DNA of 64,000 bases. It comes from Thermoanaerobaculia bacterium. GTDB lineage: Bacteria > Acidobacteriota > Thermoanaerobaculia > Thermoanaerobaculales > Sulfomarinibacteraceae. Position numbers and translations under genes: made by a program. Positions 25,080 to 34,499 of this stretch are shown here, piece by piece. Position 1 is the first letter of the stretch. Each line of letters opens with the position of its first letter. The notes beneath the pieces are model-generated. The model made no database searches. It was not told the origin of the DNA and worked only from the letters and a program-made list of their open reading frames with translations. The stretch spans positions 49,317-113,316 of the forward strand of contig JAMOWA010000045.1 in the NCBI GenBank assembly GCA_027061805.1, given 5' to 3'.

Positions 25080-27331
25080 TGGAACGGATCGGAGTTGTCC
25101 TCTGCTCGGGCTGTGACATCGGGAAGGCCGTCGACCTGGAGGCCGTGGGGGGTGTGGCCGGGGAGGAGGGGGCGGCGTGGGTGGTCTCGCATCACGCGCT
25201 CTGCGAGCCCGAGGGCCTCGAGACCGTTCGCCGGAGGCTCGAGGAGGATGCCGTCGACGGGCTCCTCCTGGGCGCCTGCTCGCAACGGTGCCGCGCCGAC
25301 GTGCTGTGCGACGCCTGCCTGGGCGTGCCGGTGGAGAGGGCGGCCCTCCGGGAGCACGTGGCCTGGTCCCATGCGCCGCTGGACGAGGACACCCAGGCCC
25401 TCGCCGAGGACCTGGTGCGCATGGGCCTCGCCCGGGCGGCCACGGTGAGACCCCCGGAGGTCCTGGACGAGCCGGTGGAGGACACCGTGCTCGTGGTGGG
25501 CGGGGGGCTCGCCGGGATGCAGGCCGCGCTCGCCGCGTCGGCCCTGGGAAAGCCGGTGGTCCTGGTGGAGGCCCGGGAGGCCCTGGGCGGGTTCCTCCGG
25601 GAGGTTCCGGGCCTGCCGCCCCACAGGCCCCCGTGGGACGTGCCGGTTCCCAACACGGTGGGTGACGTGGTCCGGCAGGTCCTGGACGACCCCCGGATCC
25701 GGGTGATCACCGGCGCGAATCTCGAGAGGATCTCCGGCCAGCCAGGCCAGTTCGAGGTGCATGTCGGGACCGGGGATGGCTCGGAGACCTTCCGGGCGGG
25801 TGCCATCGTCCAGGCCACCGGTGCCGAACCTTACGATGTCTCCCGGCTGGAGGCGCTGAATCCTGACCGCTCGCCGGACGTGATCGGATCCGTGGAGCTC
25901 GATGCCATGCTGGCCTCTGGCGAGCTCCGGCGGCCGTCGGATGGAGCCACACCGAGGAGGGTGGTCTTCGTCCAGTGCGCCGGTTCCCGCGACCCCGACC
26001 ACCTTCCCTACTGCTCTTCCGAGTGCTGCGCCACCACGCTGCGCCAGGCCGCGCGCCTCCGGCAGGACTTCCCCGAGGTGGAGCCCGTGGTGCTCTACCG
26101 GGACCTCCGGACGCCGGGAACCCTGGAGCACCTCTACCAGGCGGTGCAGGAGGAGGGCGGGACCCTGTTCCTCAGGGGCGAGGTGGAGGCCGTGCACGCC
26201 AACGGCAACGGTTCCCTCCAGGTGGGGCTGGCCGAGAGCCTGCTGGGCGACGGCGTGGCCGTCCCGGCGGACCTGGTGGTCCTGGCCGTGGGCATGGTGC
26301 CGCACTCCGCGGACGGCGAGGCCATCCGGATGCTCAACGATGCCCGCGAGCGTGCGGAGCACGGCGAGTCGGAGACCCAGCGTGCCGAGGCCCGCGAGCT
26401 CGTGGAGAATCTGGCCTCCCACGAGGGGACGGAGATCCTCCATCTCACCTACCGGCAGGGGCCGGATCTCCCGGTGCTCCAGTACGGCTTCCCGGACTCC
26501 CACTACATCTGCTTCCCCTACGAGACCCGCCGCACCGGCATCTACGCCGCGGGAACCGTGAGGGCGCCCATGGGCCCGGCCGAGGCGGCCGAGGACGCCT
26601 GGGGCGCCGCGCTGAAGGCGGTACAGTGCATCGAGGCCGCACGGCGGGGCGAGGCCGTCCACCCGCGGTCGGGCGACCTCGGTGTTCCGGACTTCTTCCT
26701 CCAGAGGTGCACCCAGTGCAAGCGGTGCACCGAGGAGTGCCCCTTCGGCACCCTGGACGAGGACGAGAAGGGAACCCCCATGCTCAACCCCCTGCGGTGC
26801 CGCCACTGCGGCATCTGCATGGGCGCCTGCCCGGAGCGGATCGTGTCGTTCCCCGACTACTCGGTGGACGGGATCGCCTCCATGATCAAGGCGGTGGAGG
26901 TTCCCGACGAGGACGAGGAGAAGCCGCGCATCCTGGCACTCCTGTGCGAGAACGACGCCCTGCCCGCGCTGGACACCGCGGCGGCGCTCCGTACGGGCTG
27001 GAACCCCTGGGTACGGGTGGTTCCCGTGCGGTGCCTCGGATCGGTCAACATCGTGTGGATCGCCGACGCGCTCTCCCGCGGCTTCGACGGGGTCATCCTC
27101 ATCGGCTGCAGGTACGGCGACGACACCCAGTGCCACTACGTCCGCGGCTCCGAGCTGGCCAACCGGCGCCTGGAGAACGTCCAGGAGACCCTGGAGCGCC
27201 TCTCCCTGGAGCCCGAGCGCATCCGGCTCGTGGAGCTGGCCCACAACGAGTTCCACCGCATCCCCGAGCTCCTCGACGAGTTCGCCGGGGAGATCGAGGA
27301 GATGGACCCCAACCCCTACAAGGGTTTCTAG
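25079..27331 (+). CDS. qmoB: Qmo complex subunit B (HdrA-like, with C-terminal MvhD-like domain)
   Basis: The ATG at 25079 overlaps the qmoA stop. MERIGVVLCSGCDIG, FAD site VLVVGGGLAGMQAALAA, CTQCKRCTEECPFG, CRHCGICMGACPE, and an MvhD-like tail ILALLCENDALPALD ... VRCLGSVN ... ILIGCRYGDDTQCHY. Confidence 0.9.
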   Translation: MERIGVVLCSGCDIGKAVDLEAVGGVAGEEGAAWVVSHHALCEPEGLETVRRRLEEDAVDGLLLGACSQRCRADVLCDACLGVPVERAALREHVAWSHAPLDEDTQALAEDLVRMGLARAATVRPPEVLDEPVEDTVLVVGGGLAGMQAALAASALGKPVVLVEAREALGGFLREVPGLPPHRPPWDVPVPNTVGDVVRQVLDDPRIRVITGANLERISGQPGQFEVHVGTGDGSETFRAGAIVQATGAEPYDVSRLEALNPDRSPDVIGSVELDAMLASGELRRPSDGATPRRVVFVQCAGSRDPDHLPYCSSECCATTLRQAARLRQDFPEVEPVVLYRDLRTPGTLEHLYQAVQEEGGTLFLRGEVEAVHANGNGSLQVGLAESLLGDGVAVPADLVVLAVGMVPHSADGEAIRMLNDARERAEHGESETQRAEARELVENLASHEGTEILHLTYRQGPDLPVLQYGFPDSHYICFPYETRRTGIYAAGTVRAPMGPAEAAEDAWGAALKAVQCIEAARRGEAVHPRSGDLGVPDFFLQRCTQCKRCTEECPFGTLDEDEKGTPMLNPLRCRHCGICMGACPERIVSFPDYSVDGIASMIKAVEVPDEDEEKPRILALLCENDALPALDTAAALRTGWNPWVRVVPVRCLGSVNIVWIADALSRGFDGVILIGCRYGDDTQCHYVRGSELANRRLENVQETLERLSLEPERIRLVELAHNEFHRIPELLDEFAGEIEEMDPNPYKGF

Positions 27332-27343
27332 GGAGGCTGCGCC

Positions 27344-28477
27344 ATGGCTACGGTACCGCTCATCGCCCCGTCGGAGGAGCTCCGGGAGGAGCTCCGTGCC
27401 CGTGGAGGCACCTCCGCGGCCCGGTGCTTCCAGTGCGCCACCTGCTCCGCCGTGTGCGACCTCGCCCCGGACGGCCGGCCGTTCCCGAGGCGGGAGATGC
27501 TCATGGCGCAGTGGGGCCTGGCCGACCAGCTCATGGCCGACCCCGCCGTCTGGCTCTGCCACCAGTGCAACGACTGCACGGCCCGCTGTCCCCGCGACGC
27601 CCGCCCTGGCGACGTCCTGCAGGTCGTGCGGTCCCTGGTGATCGAGCGGCTGGCCTTCCCCCGGTCCCTGGGACGGTTCGTGGCCAACGTGAGGACCACC
27701 TGGCCGGTGCTGCTCGGGGCGCCGCTCCTGCTCTGGGTCCTGCTGCTGGGGCTCACCGGTCACCTGGGGGTCCCGGCCCACCTGGTCTCGTGGGAGGAGG
27801 TGGTCCCCCACTGGATGATCTACAGCGTGTTCTTCCCCGTCACCCTCCTGGTGATGGCGGCGGCAGGGGTGAGCGCCCGGAGGTTCTGGGTGCTGCTGGG
27901 CTCCACCGGGCCTCCCCGGAAGGGGAGCCTCCCGGTCGCCCTGGGGGCGGTGGCCGCGGAGCTCGTGACCCACAGGAGGTTCGGGTGCTGCGAGACCGCG
28001 AGGCCACGGCGATGGGGCCACCTGGCCCTGGTCTGGGGGTTTGTGGGGGCCGCCGTCACCTCGGGGCTGCTCATCGTGGCCCTCTACGGGTTCCACATGG
28101 AGCTGCCGCTCCCCCTCACCCACCCCTTCAAGATCCTGGGGAACCTCTCGGCCGTGGCGCTGCTCGTGGGCACGGCGATCCTCGTGGTGGAACGCCTCAA
28201 GGATCCGGACCGGGTGGGCCGCACCACGGCCTTCGACACGTTCTTCCTGGTGGTGGTGGCCCTGGTGGTCCTCACGGGGACCCTCGTGGAGGTGGCCCGG
28301 CTGACGCTGCCGGCTGCCGTGGGACTGCCGATGTACGTGGTCCACCTCTCGCTGGTGCTGACCCTCTTTGCCACGTTCCCCTATTCCAAGTTCGCCCACA
28401 TGCTCTACCGGACCCTCGCGCTGGCCCACGAGCGGATGACCCGGGAGAACGACCAGCCACCGGATCCCACGGATTGA
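27344..28477 (+). CDS. qmoC: Qmo complex subunit C (HdrC-like Fe-S domain fused to HdrE/NarI-like membrane domain)
   Basis: CFQCATCSAVCD and CHQCNDCTARCP motifs are followed by about 6 hydrophobic helices with conserved His residues. Confidence 0.9.
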   Translation: MATVPLIAPSEELREELRARGGTSAARCFQCATCSAVCDLAPDGRPFPRREMLMAQWGLADQLMADPAVWLCHQCNDCTARCPRDARPGDVLQVVRSLVIERLAFPRSLGRFVANVRTTWPVLLGAPLLLWVLLLGLTGHLGVPAHLVSWEEVVPHWMIYSVFFPVTLLVMAAAGVSARRFWVLLGSTGPPRKGSLPVALGAVAAELVTHRRFGCCETARPRRWGHLALVWGFVGAAVTSGLLIVALYGFHMELPLPLTHPFKILGNLSAVALLVGTAILVVERLKDPDRVGRTTAFDTFFLVVVALVVLTGTLVEVARLTLPAAVGLPMYVVHLSLVLTLFATFPYSKFAHMLYRTLALAHERMTRENDQPPDPTD

Positions 28478-28501
28478 GCCCACGAAAGGAAGGGAGCGGT
28501 C

Positions 28502-30442
28502 ATGCCCGGCAGAAACGTGCTCCACCTGGGACTGGTGGCCGTGCTGGCGGCCTCCCCGATGGTGGCCGGTGAGCCGCCACCACTGGCCCCGGGTCACCGA
28601 GACCTGGAATGCCGGGCCTGCCATCCCGGGCAGGACCGGACGGCGGGCTGCACCGATGGCGGGTGCCACCGGGACGTGGCGAAGGTCTTCCTCTCCTCGG
28701 AGCACGACAGGCGGCACGTGGACCCGGCCCGGCTTCCGTGCACGGCGTGCCACGGCTCCCACCCCGTGGTGGGTGGCCATGCGGCGAGCGCCCTGGCGTG
28801 CACCAACCGGGCCGATCGCCCGTGCCTGCCCTGCCATGAGGCGACCCGGTACCGGGTGGGCAGGCGGATCGCACCACCTGCCGTGGTGGACGAGCCGGGG
28901 GCCAGCGTCCACGCCGCCGCACGGCAGGCCCTGGGGTGCTCCGAGGCCACGGTGAGCTGCTTCACCTGCCACGGTTCCCACACCATCCTTCCCCCGGCCG
29001 ATCCCGAAAGCCCGGTGAACAGGTTCCGGGTGAATCGGACGTGCGGCTCGTGCCACGAGCGGGAGCTCGAGGCGTTCGCCGTGAGCATCCACGCCAGGGG
29101 CCTCGAGCGTGGCGACCGGGTGTCGCCCACCTGCGTGTCGTGCCATGGCTCCCACGGGGTCCTGGCCGCCACGGGGCTGCGGGCGCCCACGGCGGCTCCC
29201 AAGGTTGTCTTCACCTGCGCCGAGTGCCACGAGGACCCCGCGGTACTCCGCGAGACCCTGCTCCCACTGGAGGCGGTGGACACCTACGAGGAGTCGCTCC
29301 ACGGCATCGCCTACCGGCACGGGATCCACGACGTGGCCAACTGTGCCACCTGCCACGGGTTCCACGATGTATTTCCCGCCGCGGATCCCCGCTCCCCCGT
29401 GAACCCGGCCAACATCCGGGGGCTCTGCCTCGACTGCCACGAACGGGTCACCCCGGAGATGATCGAGGCGGTGCGGCATCCGAAGGGGCGCCCCGGCCTC
29501 CGCGGGATCCTGGAGCGGATCACCGTGTACTTCCCCATCGCGGGAACCTCGGTGAACCCGCTGCTGGTCTCCGGGATGGGGGCGCTGGTGGGCTTCCTCT
29601 CCGGGATCTTCGGGGTGGGAGGCGGCTTCCTCATGACGCCGCTTCTCATCTTCATCGGCATCCCGGCCGCGGTGGCCGCGGCCACGGACGCGGCGCAGAT
29701 CACGGCCGGCGCCAGCTCCGGGGCCATCTCCCACGCCCGGCTGGGCAATGTGGACTTCAAGATGGGCCTGGCCATGGTGGCGGGGAGCTGGCCGGGGGGA
29801 TGGGTGGGCGTCCAGGTGGTCCATGCCCTCCGTGCCATGGGCAACTTCGACTTCTTCCTCAAGGTACTCTACGTGCTGCTGCTGGGCTTCACCGGCATCA
29901 CCATGCTGGTGGAGGGGGCACGGACCCTCCGCGGGAGGTCGCCCTCCGCCGAGCCCGGCCCCGGGCGTCTCGGCCGGGCCTTCGAACGGCTGCCACTGGT
30001 CATGAGCTTCCCCAAGTCACGGCTCAGGATCTCCGTGCTGGTCCCCATGGCAGCGGGCTTCATCGTGGGCATCCTGGCGGCCCTGCTCGGTGTGGGGGGC
30101 GGGTTCATCCTCATGCCCATGATGATCTACATCATCGGGATCCCCACGCTGGTGGCCGTGGGGACCGGGCTCTTCCAGATCGTGCTGACCTGTGCCTGGG
30201 TGACCCTCCAGCAGTCGCTGACCAACCACACGGTGGACGTGCTCCTGGCCATCGCCCTCTTCGCGGGCTCGGTGATCGGTGCCCAGTTCGGGGTGCTGGC
30301 CAGCCGGCGGCTCAAGGGAGAGCAGATCCGGGTGCTGCTGGCGATCATCGTCCTGGCGGTGATGGGCATGCTTCTCTACCAGCTGGTGACACCTCCCGAC
30401 CTGCTCATCCAGTTCGCCAGGTCCGGCGGAGGCCATCGATGA
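28502..30442 (+). CDS. multihaem cytochrome c (9 CxxCH + 1 Cx4CH) fused to a TSUP/TauE-SafE-type anion permease
   Basis: Single 646-aa frame. The signal/anchor is VLHLGLVAVLAASPMVAG. Haem motifs are CRACH, CTDGGCH, CTACH, CLPCH, CFTCH, CGSCH, CVSCH, CAECH, CATCH and CLDCH. From about residue 350 there is a 4+4 TM duplicated domain with two GVGGGF signatures (FGVGGGFLMTPLL and LGVGGGFILMPMM). Confidence 0.85.
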   Translation: MPGRNVLHLGLVAVLAASPMVAGEPPPLAPGHRDLECRACHPGQDRTAGCTDGGCHRDVAKVFLSSEHDRRHVDPARLPCTACHGSHPVVGGHAASALACTNRADRPCLPCHEATRYRVGRRIAPPAVVDEPGASVHAAARQALGCSEATVSCFTCHGSHTILPPADPESPVNRFRVNRTCGSCHERELEAFAVSIHARGLERGDRVSPTCVSCHGSHGVLAATGLRAPTAAPKVVFTCAECHEDPAVLRETLLPLEAVDTYEESLHGIAYRHGIHDVANCATCHGFHDVFPAADPRSPVNPANIRGLCLDCHERVTPEMIEAVRHPKGRPGLRGILERITVYFPIAGTSVNPLLVSGMGALVGFLSGIFGVGGGFLMTPLLIFIGIPAAVAAATDAAQITAGASSGAISHARLGNVDFKMGLAMVAGSWPGGWVGVQVVHALRAMGNFDFFLKVLYVLLLGFTGITMLVEGARTLRGRSPSAEPGPGRLGRAFERLPLVMSFPKSRLRISVLVPMAAGFIVGILAALLGVGGGFILMPMMIYIIGIPTLVAVGTGLFQIVLTCAWVTLQQSLTNHTVDVLLAIALFAGSVIGAQFGVLASRRLKGEQIRVLLAIIVLAVMGMLLYQLVTPPDLLIQFARSGGGHR

Positions 30443-31263
30443 CCGCCCGTGGCCCCCGGGCCCTCCTCGTGCTGCTGGTCCTGGTGGTGCTGACCGCTGG
30501 AGCCGCCACGGCCCAGAACGGCGGCGAGCGGCTGCAGGTGGATGTTCGCCGCGTCCGGGTCTCCCTGGGCTTCTCCGGCCAGAAGGTGTTCATCTTCGGC
30601 CATGTGCCCGAGGGGACCCGGCGGGTGGTGACGGTGATCGAGGCTCCCGGAAGGGGCCCGGTGCGCCTCATGGAGAAGGGACGGGTGGGCCCGTTCTGGC
30701 TGGGCGTCCGGCAGTACGCCGTGTCGGGGCTGCCCGGCCTCTACCTGGTGGAGCTCAGCTGCCCCGGGGGGAACGTCCTCAGGGAGTGCCCGGAGGAGGA
30801 CCCCCTCGGTGCGGCCAACCGTGAGCTTGCAGCCGTGGGGGTCATGGTGGGCCCGGAGGCGATCGTCTCGCGGGCCAGCGTGGAGGTGCTCCAGGGCGGG
30901 GGCGGCGCACGGGACCTGGAGCGGCTCCTGGACGGCCTGTGGGAGCTGGAGTCCTCCCTCGGCCTGTGGGGTGTGGACCCCAACAGGATCCGCCTCAACG
31001 ACGAGGGCATGTACTACTTCGAGGCCCGCCTGCCGGCCCACGCTCCCGAGGGCAAGTACACCATCACGAGCTGGTTCCTGGGCCTGCCTGCCGGACCACG
31101 GTCCGCGAGCTCCGAGCTCTTCGTGCGCCGATGGGGCCTGGTGGCGTGGCTCTCCCGGCTCGCGGCCCGCCATCCCTGGATCTATGCGTTGATCACCGTC
31201 GGGATCGCCCTGGCGGCCGGCTGGCTGGCCGGCGCCGTGTTCCGGCGGAGGACCGATCACTGA
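30439..31263 (+). CDS. periplasmic protein with signal peptide and C-terminal TM anchor, TIGR02186/Alph_Pro_TM-like
   Basis: The ATG overlaps the preceding stop (ATGA). [26 protein letters not shown] is the signal peptide, and the C-terminal helix is [25 protein letters not shown]. The size and the habit of sitting next to a TauE-like gene fit that family. The family call is from memory only. Confidence 0.6.
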   Translation: MTARGPRALLVLLVLVVLTAGAATAQNGGERLQVDVRRVRVSLGFSGQKVFIFGHVPEGTRRVVTVIEAPGRGPVRLMEKGRVGPFWLGVRQYAVSGLPGLYLVELSCPGGNVLRECPEEDPLGAANRELAAVGVMVGPEAIVSRASVEVLQGGGGARDLERLLDGLWELESSLGLWGVDPNRIRLNDEGMYYFEARLPAHAPEGKYTITSWFLGLPAGPRSASSELFVRRWGLVAWLSRLAARHPWIYALITVGIALAAGWLAGAVFRRRTDH

Positions 31264-31289
31264 ACCTGAAGGACCACAAGGAGGATCGT

Positions 31290-32561
31290 ATGAGCCGACT
31301 GGTACCGCCCCACGGATCCGAGACACTGAAACCGTTGCTGCTGGAGGGAGCAGAGCGCGAGGAGGAGATGGTCCGCGCCCGGACCCTGAAGCAGGTGCCC
31401 ATGACGAGTCGGGAGACCTCCGACCTCATCATGATGGGCATCGGTGCCTTCACCCCCCTCGAGGGCTTCATGGGCCACGACGACTGGAAGAGCGTCTGTG
31501 AGCATTTCACCATGCCGTCCATGGACGGGCTCTTCTGGCCCATCCCCATCACGGTGTCGGCGGCACGGGACCTTGCCGACTCCATCGCCATCGGCGAGGA
31601 CGTCGCACTGGTGGATGGCGAGTCCGGCACGCTGATGGGGACCATGAAGGTCACCGAGAAATACCGCATCGACCGGGAGCTCGAGTGCCGCCACGTGTTC
31701 GGCACCACCGACCTCGAGCATCCCGGCGTCCAGAAGGTCATGGCCCAGGAGGAGCTCAACCTGGCGGGCCCGGTGAAGGTGGTCTCCGAGTCCTTCTTCC
31801 CGGAGATGTTCGGGTCGCTCTACCAGCGCCCGGCCGAGGCCCGAGCCATCTTCGACGAGCGCGGATGGAGCACGGTGGCCGCGCTCCAGCTCAGGAACCC
31901 CATGCACAATTCGCACGCCTACCTGGCCAAGGTGGCCATCGAGGTCTGCGACGGGGTCTACATCCACCAGCTCCTGGGCAAGCTCAAGCCCGGGGACATC
32001 CCTGCCGAGGTGCGGGTCCGGTGCATCGACGCCCTGGTGAAGAACTACTTCCGCGAGGAGCGTGTGGTCCAGGGCGGCTACCCCATGGAGATGCGCTACG
32101 CGGGACCCAGGGAGGCCCTGCTCCACGCTGTGTTCCGCCAGAACTACGGATGCAGCCACCTCATCGTGGGACGTGACCATGCCGGGGTGGGAGACTACTA
32201 CGGCCCCTTCGACGCCCACCGGATCTTCGACGAGATCCCCCACGGTTCTCTCCGGCTCCAGCCCCTGAAGATGGACTGGACCTTCTACTGCTACGACTGC
32301 GGCGAGATGGCCTCCATGAAGACATGCCCCCACGAGAGCAAGGCCACCATCGACGAGCAGGGCAACCACGTGTCCGGATCCCGGCTGCTCCTGTCGGGCA
32401 CCATGCTCCGGAAGATGCTCTCCGAGGGCAAGCCGGTGCCGAAGGAGTTCTCCAAGCCCGAGGTGGTGGCCATCCTCCGGGAGTACTACGCCAGCCTGGA
32501 GGAGAAGGTGGAGATCAAGCTGCACGGCGCCGCCACGGGTGACGCGGCGGGCAAGGACTGA
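31290..32561 (+). CDS. sat: sulfate adenylyltransferase (ATP sulfurylase), dissimilatory-type length
   Basis: [30 protein letters not shown], and an N-terminal PUA-like region. AGGAGG lies upstream of the ATG at 31290. Confidence 0.95.
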   Translation: MSRLVPPHGSETLKPLLLEGAEREEEMVRARTLKQVPMTSRETSDLIMMGIGAFTPLEGFMGHDDWKSVCEHFTMPSMDGLFWPIPITVSAARDLADSIAIGEDVALVDGESGTLMGTMKVTEKYRIDRELECRHVFGTTDLEHPGVQKVMAQEELNLAGPVKVVSESFFPEMFGSLYQRPAEARAIFDERGWSTVAALQLRNPMHNSHAYLAKVAIEVCDGVYIHQLLGKLKPGDIPAEVRVRCIDALVKNYFREERVVQGGYPMEMRYAGPREALLHAVFRQNYGCSHLIVGRDHAGVGDYYGPFDAHRIFDEIPHGSLRLQPLKMDWTFYCYDCGEMASMKTCPHESKATIDEQGNHVSGSRLLLSGTMLRKMLSEGKPVPKEFSKPEVVAILREYYASLEEKVEIKLHGAATGDAAGKD

Positions 32562-32569
32562 CCCTACCA

Positions 32570-32593
32570 GGCCCCGGGGATTCCCCCGGGGCC
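32570..32593. terminator. GC hairpin GGCCCCGGGG-ATTC-CCCCGGGGCC directly after the sat stop
   Basis: Perfect 10-bp stem with a 4-nt loop, read directly. It lies between convergent genes and has no U tract. Confidence 0.5.
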
Positions 32594-32610
32594 GTGGCCT
32601 TCCCCCCCTC

Positions 32611-32648
32611 GGCGCGCTCCGGCCGGTTGCACACCGCCGGAGCGCGCC
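32611..32648. terminator. 13-bp perfect-stem hairpin GGCGCGCTCCGGC-N12-GCCGGAGCGCGCC
   Basis: Read directly. This is a second strong hairpin in the 153-nt convergent spacer, a plausible bidirectional terminator. Confidence 0.55.
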
Positions 32649-32714
32649 ACTTCATGTCCTGTGGCGTCGCATGGCCCCCCGGCCCGGGTCCCGCCGGGGA
32701 GGCCAGATGACCGC

Positions 32715-34412
32715 TCATCCCTCCAGGACCTCTCCGGGCAGGGGGAACCAGCGGAGCGGCTCCAGGCCGGGCTCCAGGGAGGCGAGGGCGTCGGAGGGGC
32801 GGGCGGAGCCCGCGGCCGCAAACAGCCTGCGGGCCTCCTCCAGGTAGTGGGGCAGGCGGTCCTGGCGCTCGGTGAGGTGCCGTCCCCGGTACTCGAGGCG
32901 CCCCCCGATGAACCGGACGTCCTCCAGGCTGAGCAGGTCGTGGGGAGGATTGTCGTGGTGGCGCCACAGGCCGGTCTCTGGGTCGAAGTCGTACTGGGGC
33001 AGCAGGCGCCACCCGTCGCTGGCGATGAGGTGGACGGCCTCCAGCACGTAGTCGATCACGGTGTCCGGGCAGAAGTAGTTGAAGTTCACCCGGACCCACC
33101 CCGGCTTGATCCCCTCGCACCCGCTGGCGATGGCCGCCTTGAAGCGGTTGGAACGGTCGCGGTCGATGCCCAGGAGGCGATGGCCGTAGGGGCCGGCGCA
33201 GGAGCAGCCGCCCCTGGCCTGGATGCCGAAGAGGTCGTTGAGCAGGGCCACCACGAAGTTGTGGTGGAGGTACCGGTCGCCAAACCGGATCACGAAGCTG
33301 ACGATGGACAGCCGGGTGGCCTCCAGGTTGCCCAGGATCTGGATGTCCGGGCTGGTGGACCAGGAGGCGATGGCCCGCTCCACGAAGGTCTTCTCCAGCT
33401 CCTCGATGGTGTCCACCCCCACGGCCTCCTTGAGCCGGAACACCAGGCCGGCCCGGATGGACTCGATGATGGCCGGGGTGCCGCCCTCCTCGCGGTGGGC
33501 GGGGTCCTCGATGTAGGTGTGGTCCTCGGCGCTCACGTAGGAGACGGTGCCCCCGCCCGGGACCGAGGGGACGCGGTTGGTGAGCAGGTGGCGCTTGACC
33601 ACGAGGACGCCCGGCGTTCCCGGGCCACCCACGAACTTGTGGGGCGAGATGAACACGGCGTCCTTGGCGGCCAGGGGGTCGGCCCCCGCCGAGAGGTGGG
33701 GGTTCATCTCGATGCGCACGTAGGGGGCCGCCGCGGCGAAGTCCCAGAAGGCCAGCGCTCCGTGGCGGTGGAGCAGCTCGGTGATGCCGTAGGTGTCGGA
33801 CACGATGCCGGTGACGTTGGAGGCGGCCGAGAAGCTGCCGATCCTGAGGGGACGGTCCGCGTACTCCCGGAGCTTCTCCTCGAGGAACTCCTCGTCGATC
33901 CTGCCGTCCTCGTCCTCGGCGATGGTGACCACGTCGGCGATGGTCTCCCGCCACGAGATCTCGTTGGAGTGGTGCTCGTAGGGTCCGATGAACACCACCG
34001 GGCGCTCCCGGGGGGGAATGGCCTCCGAGAGGCCGAACCGGGAGTCCAGCTCGGCGGGGATCCGCAGGTTGAGGATCTGGATGAGCTTCTGGATGGCCCC
34101 CGTGGCCCCGGACCCGCAGAAGATCACCACGTCGTCGTCCCCGCCGCCCACGGCGCGGTGGATGATCCGGCGGGCGTCCTCCCGGAAGCGGGTGGTCTGG
34201 AGCCCCGTCATGGAGGTCTCCGAGTGGGTGTTGGCGTACAGGGGCATCACCTCGTTCCGGATGAAGTCCTCGATGAAGTCGAGGGAGCGGCCGGAGGCCG
34301 TGTAGTCCGCGTAGGTGACCAGCCTGGGCCCGAATGGGCCGTCCAGGGCCCGGTCGCGCCCGATGATGCCGTTCCGGATGGACTCGATGAGGGCGAGTGT
34401 GTCGTGATCCAC
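32715..34412 (-). CDS. aminotransferase class V-fold PLP-dependent enzyme (cysteine-desulfurase-like, long form)
   Basis: YADYTASGRSL, YANTHSE, IFCGSGATGAI, and FISPHKFVGGPGTPGVLVV (SxHK PLP lysine). Length 565 aa. Confidence 0.85.
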   Translation of the reverse strand: MDHDTLALIESIRNGIIGRDRALDGPFGPRLVTYADYTASGRSLDFIEDFIRNEVMPLYANTHSETSMTGLQTTRFREDARRIIHRAVGGGDDDVVIFCGSGATGAIQKLIQILNLRIPAELDSRFGLSEAIPPRERPVVFIGPYEHHSNEISWRETIADVVTIAEDEDGRIDEEFLEEKLREYADRPLRIGSFSAASNVTGIVSDTYGITELLHRHGALAFWDFAAAAPYVRIEMNPHLSAGADPLAAKDAVFISPHKFVGGPGTPGVLVVKRHLLTNRVPSVPGGGTVSYVSAEDHTYIEDPAHREEGGTPAIIESIRAGLVFRLKEAVGVDTIEELEKTFVERAIASWSTSPDIQILGNLEATRLSIVSFVIRFGDRYLHHNFVVALLNDLFGIQARGGCSCAGPYGHRLLGIDRDRSNRFKAAIASGCEGIKPGWVRVNFNYFCPDTVIDYVLEAVHLIASDGWRLLPQYDFDPETGLWRHHDNPPHDLLSLEDVRFIGGRLEYRGRHLTERQDRLPHYLEEARRLFAAAGSARPSDALASLEPGLEPLRWFPLPGEVLEG

Positions 34413-34499
34413 GATGGTGCTCCGTTTTGGGGCCGTCGGCGGCCATGCTGCACGCTCCTGTTTACCACACCGTGCGGTGTGGAGGACGGGACCCGTGGC

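Noticed and set aside
23832-27331. In-frame TGA (selenocysteine) in the HdrA-like QmoA/QmoB, as occurs in some HdrA homologues.
   Set aside because: Both genes are continuous ORFs without internal stops, and no SECIS-like requirement arises.
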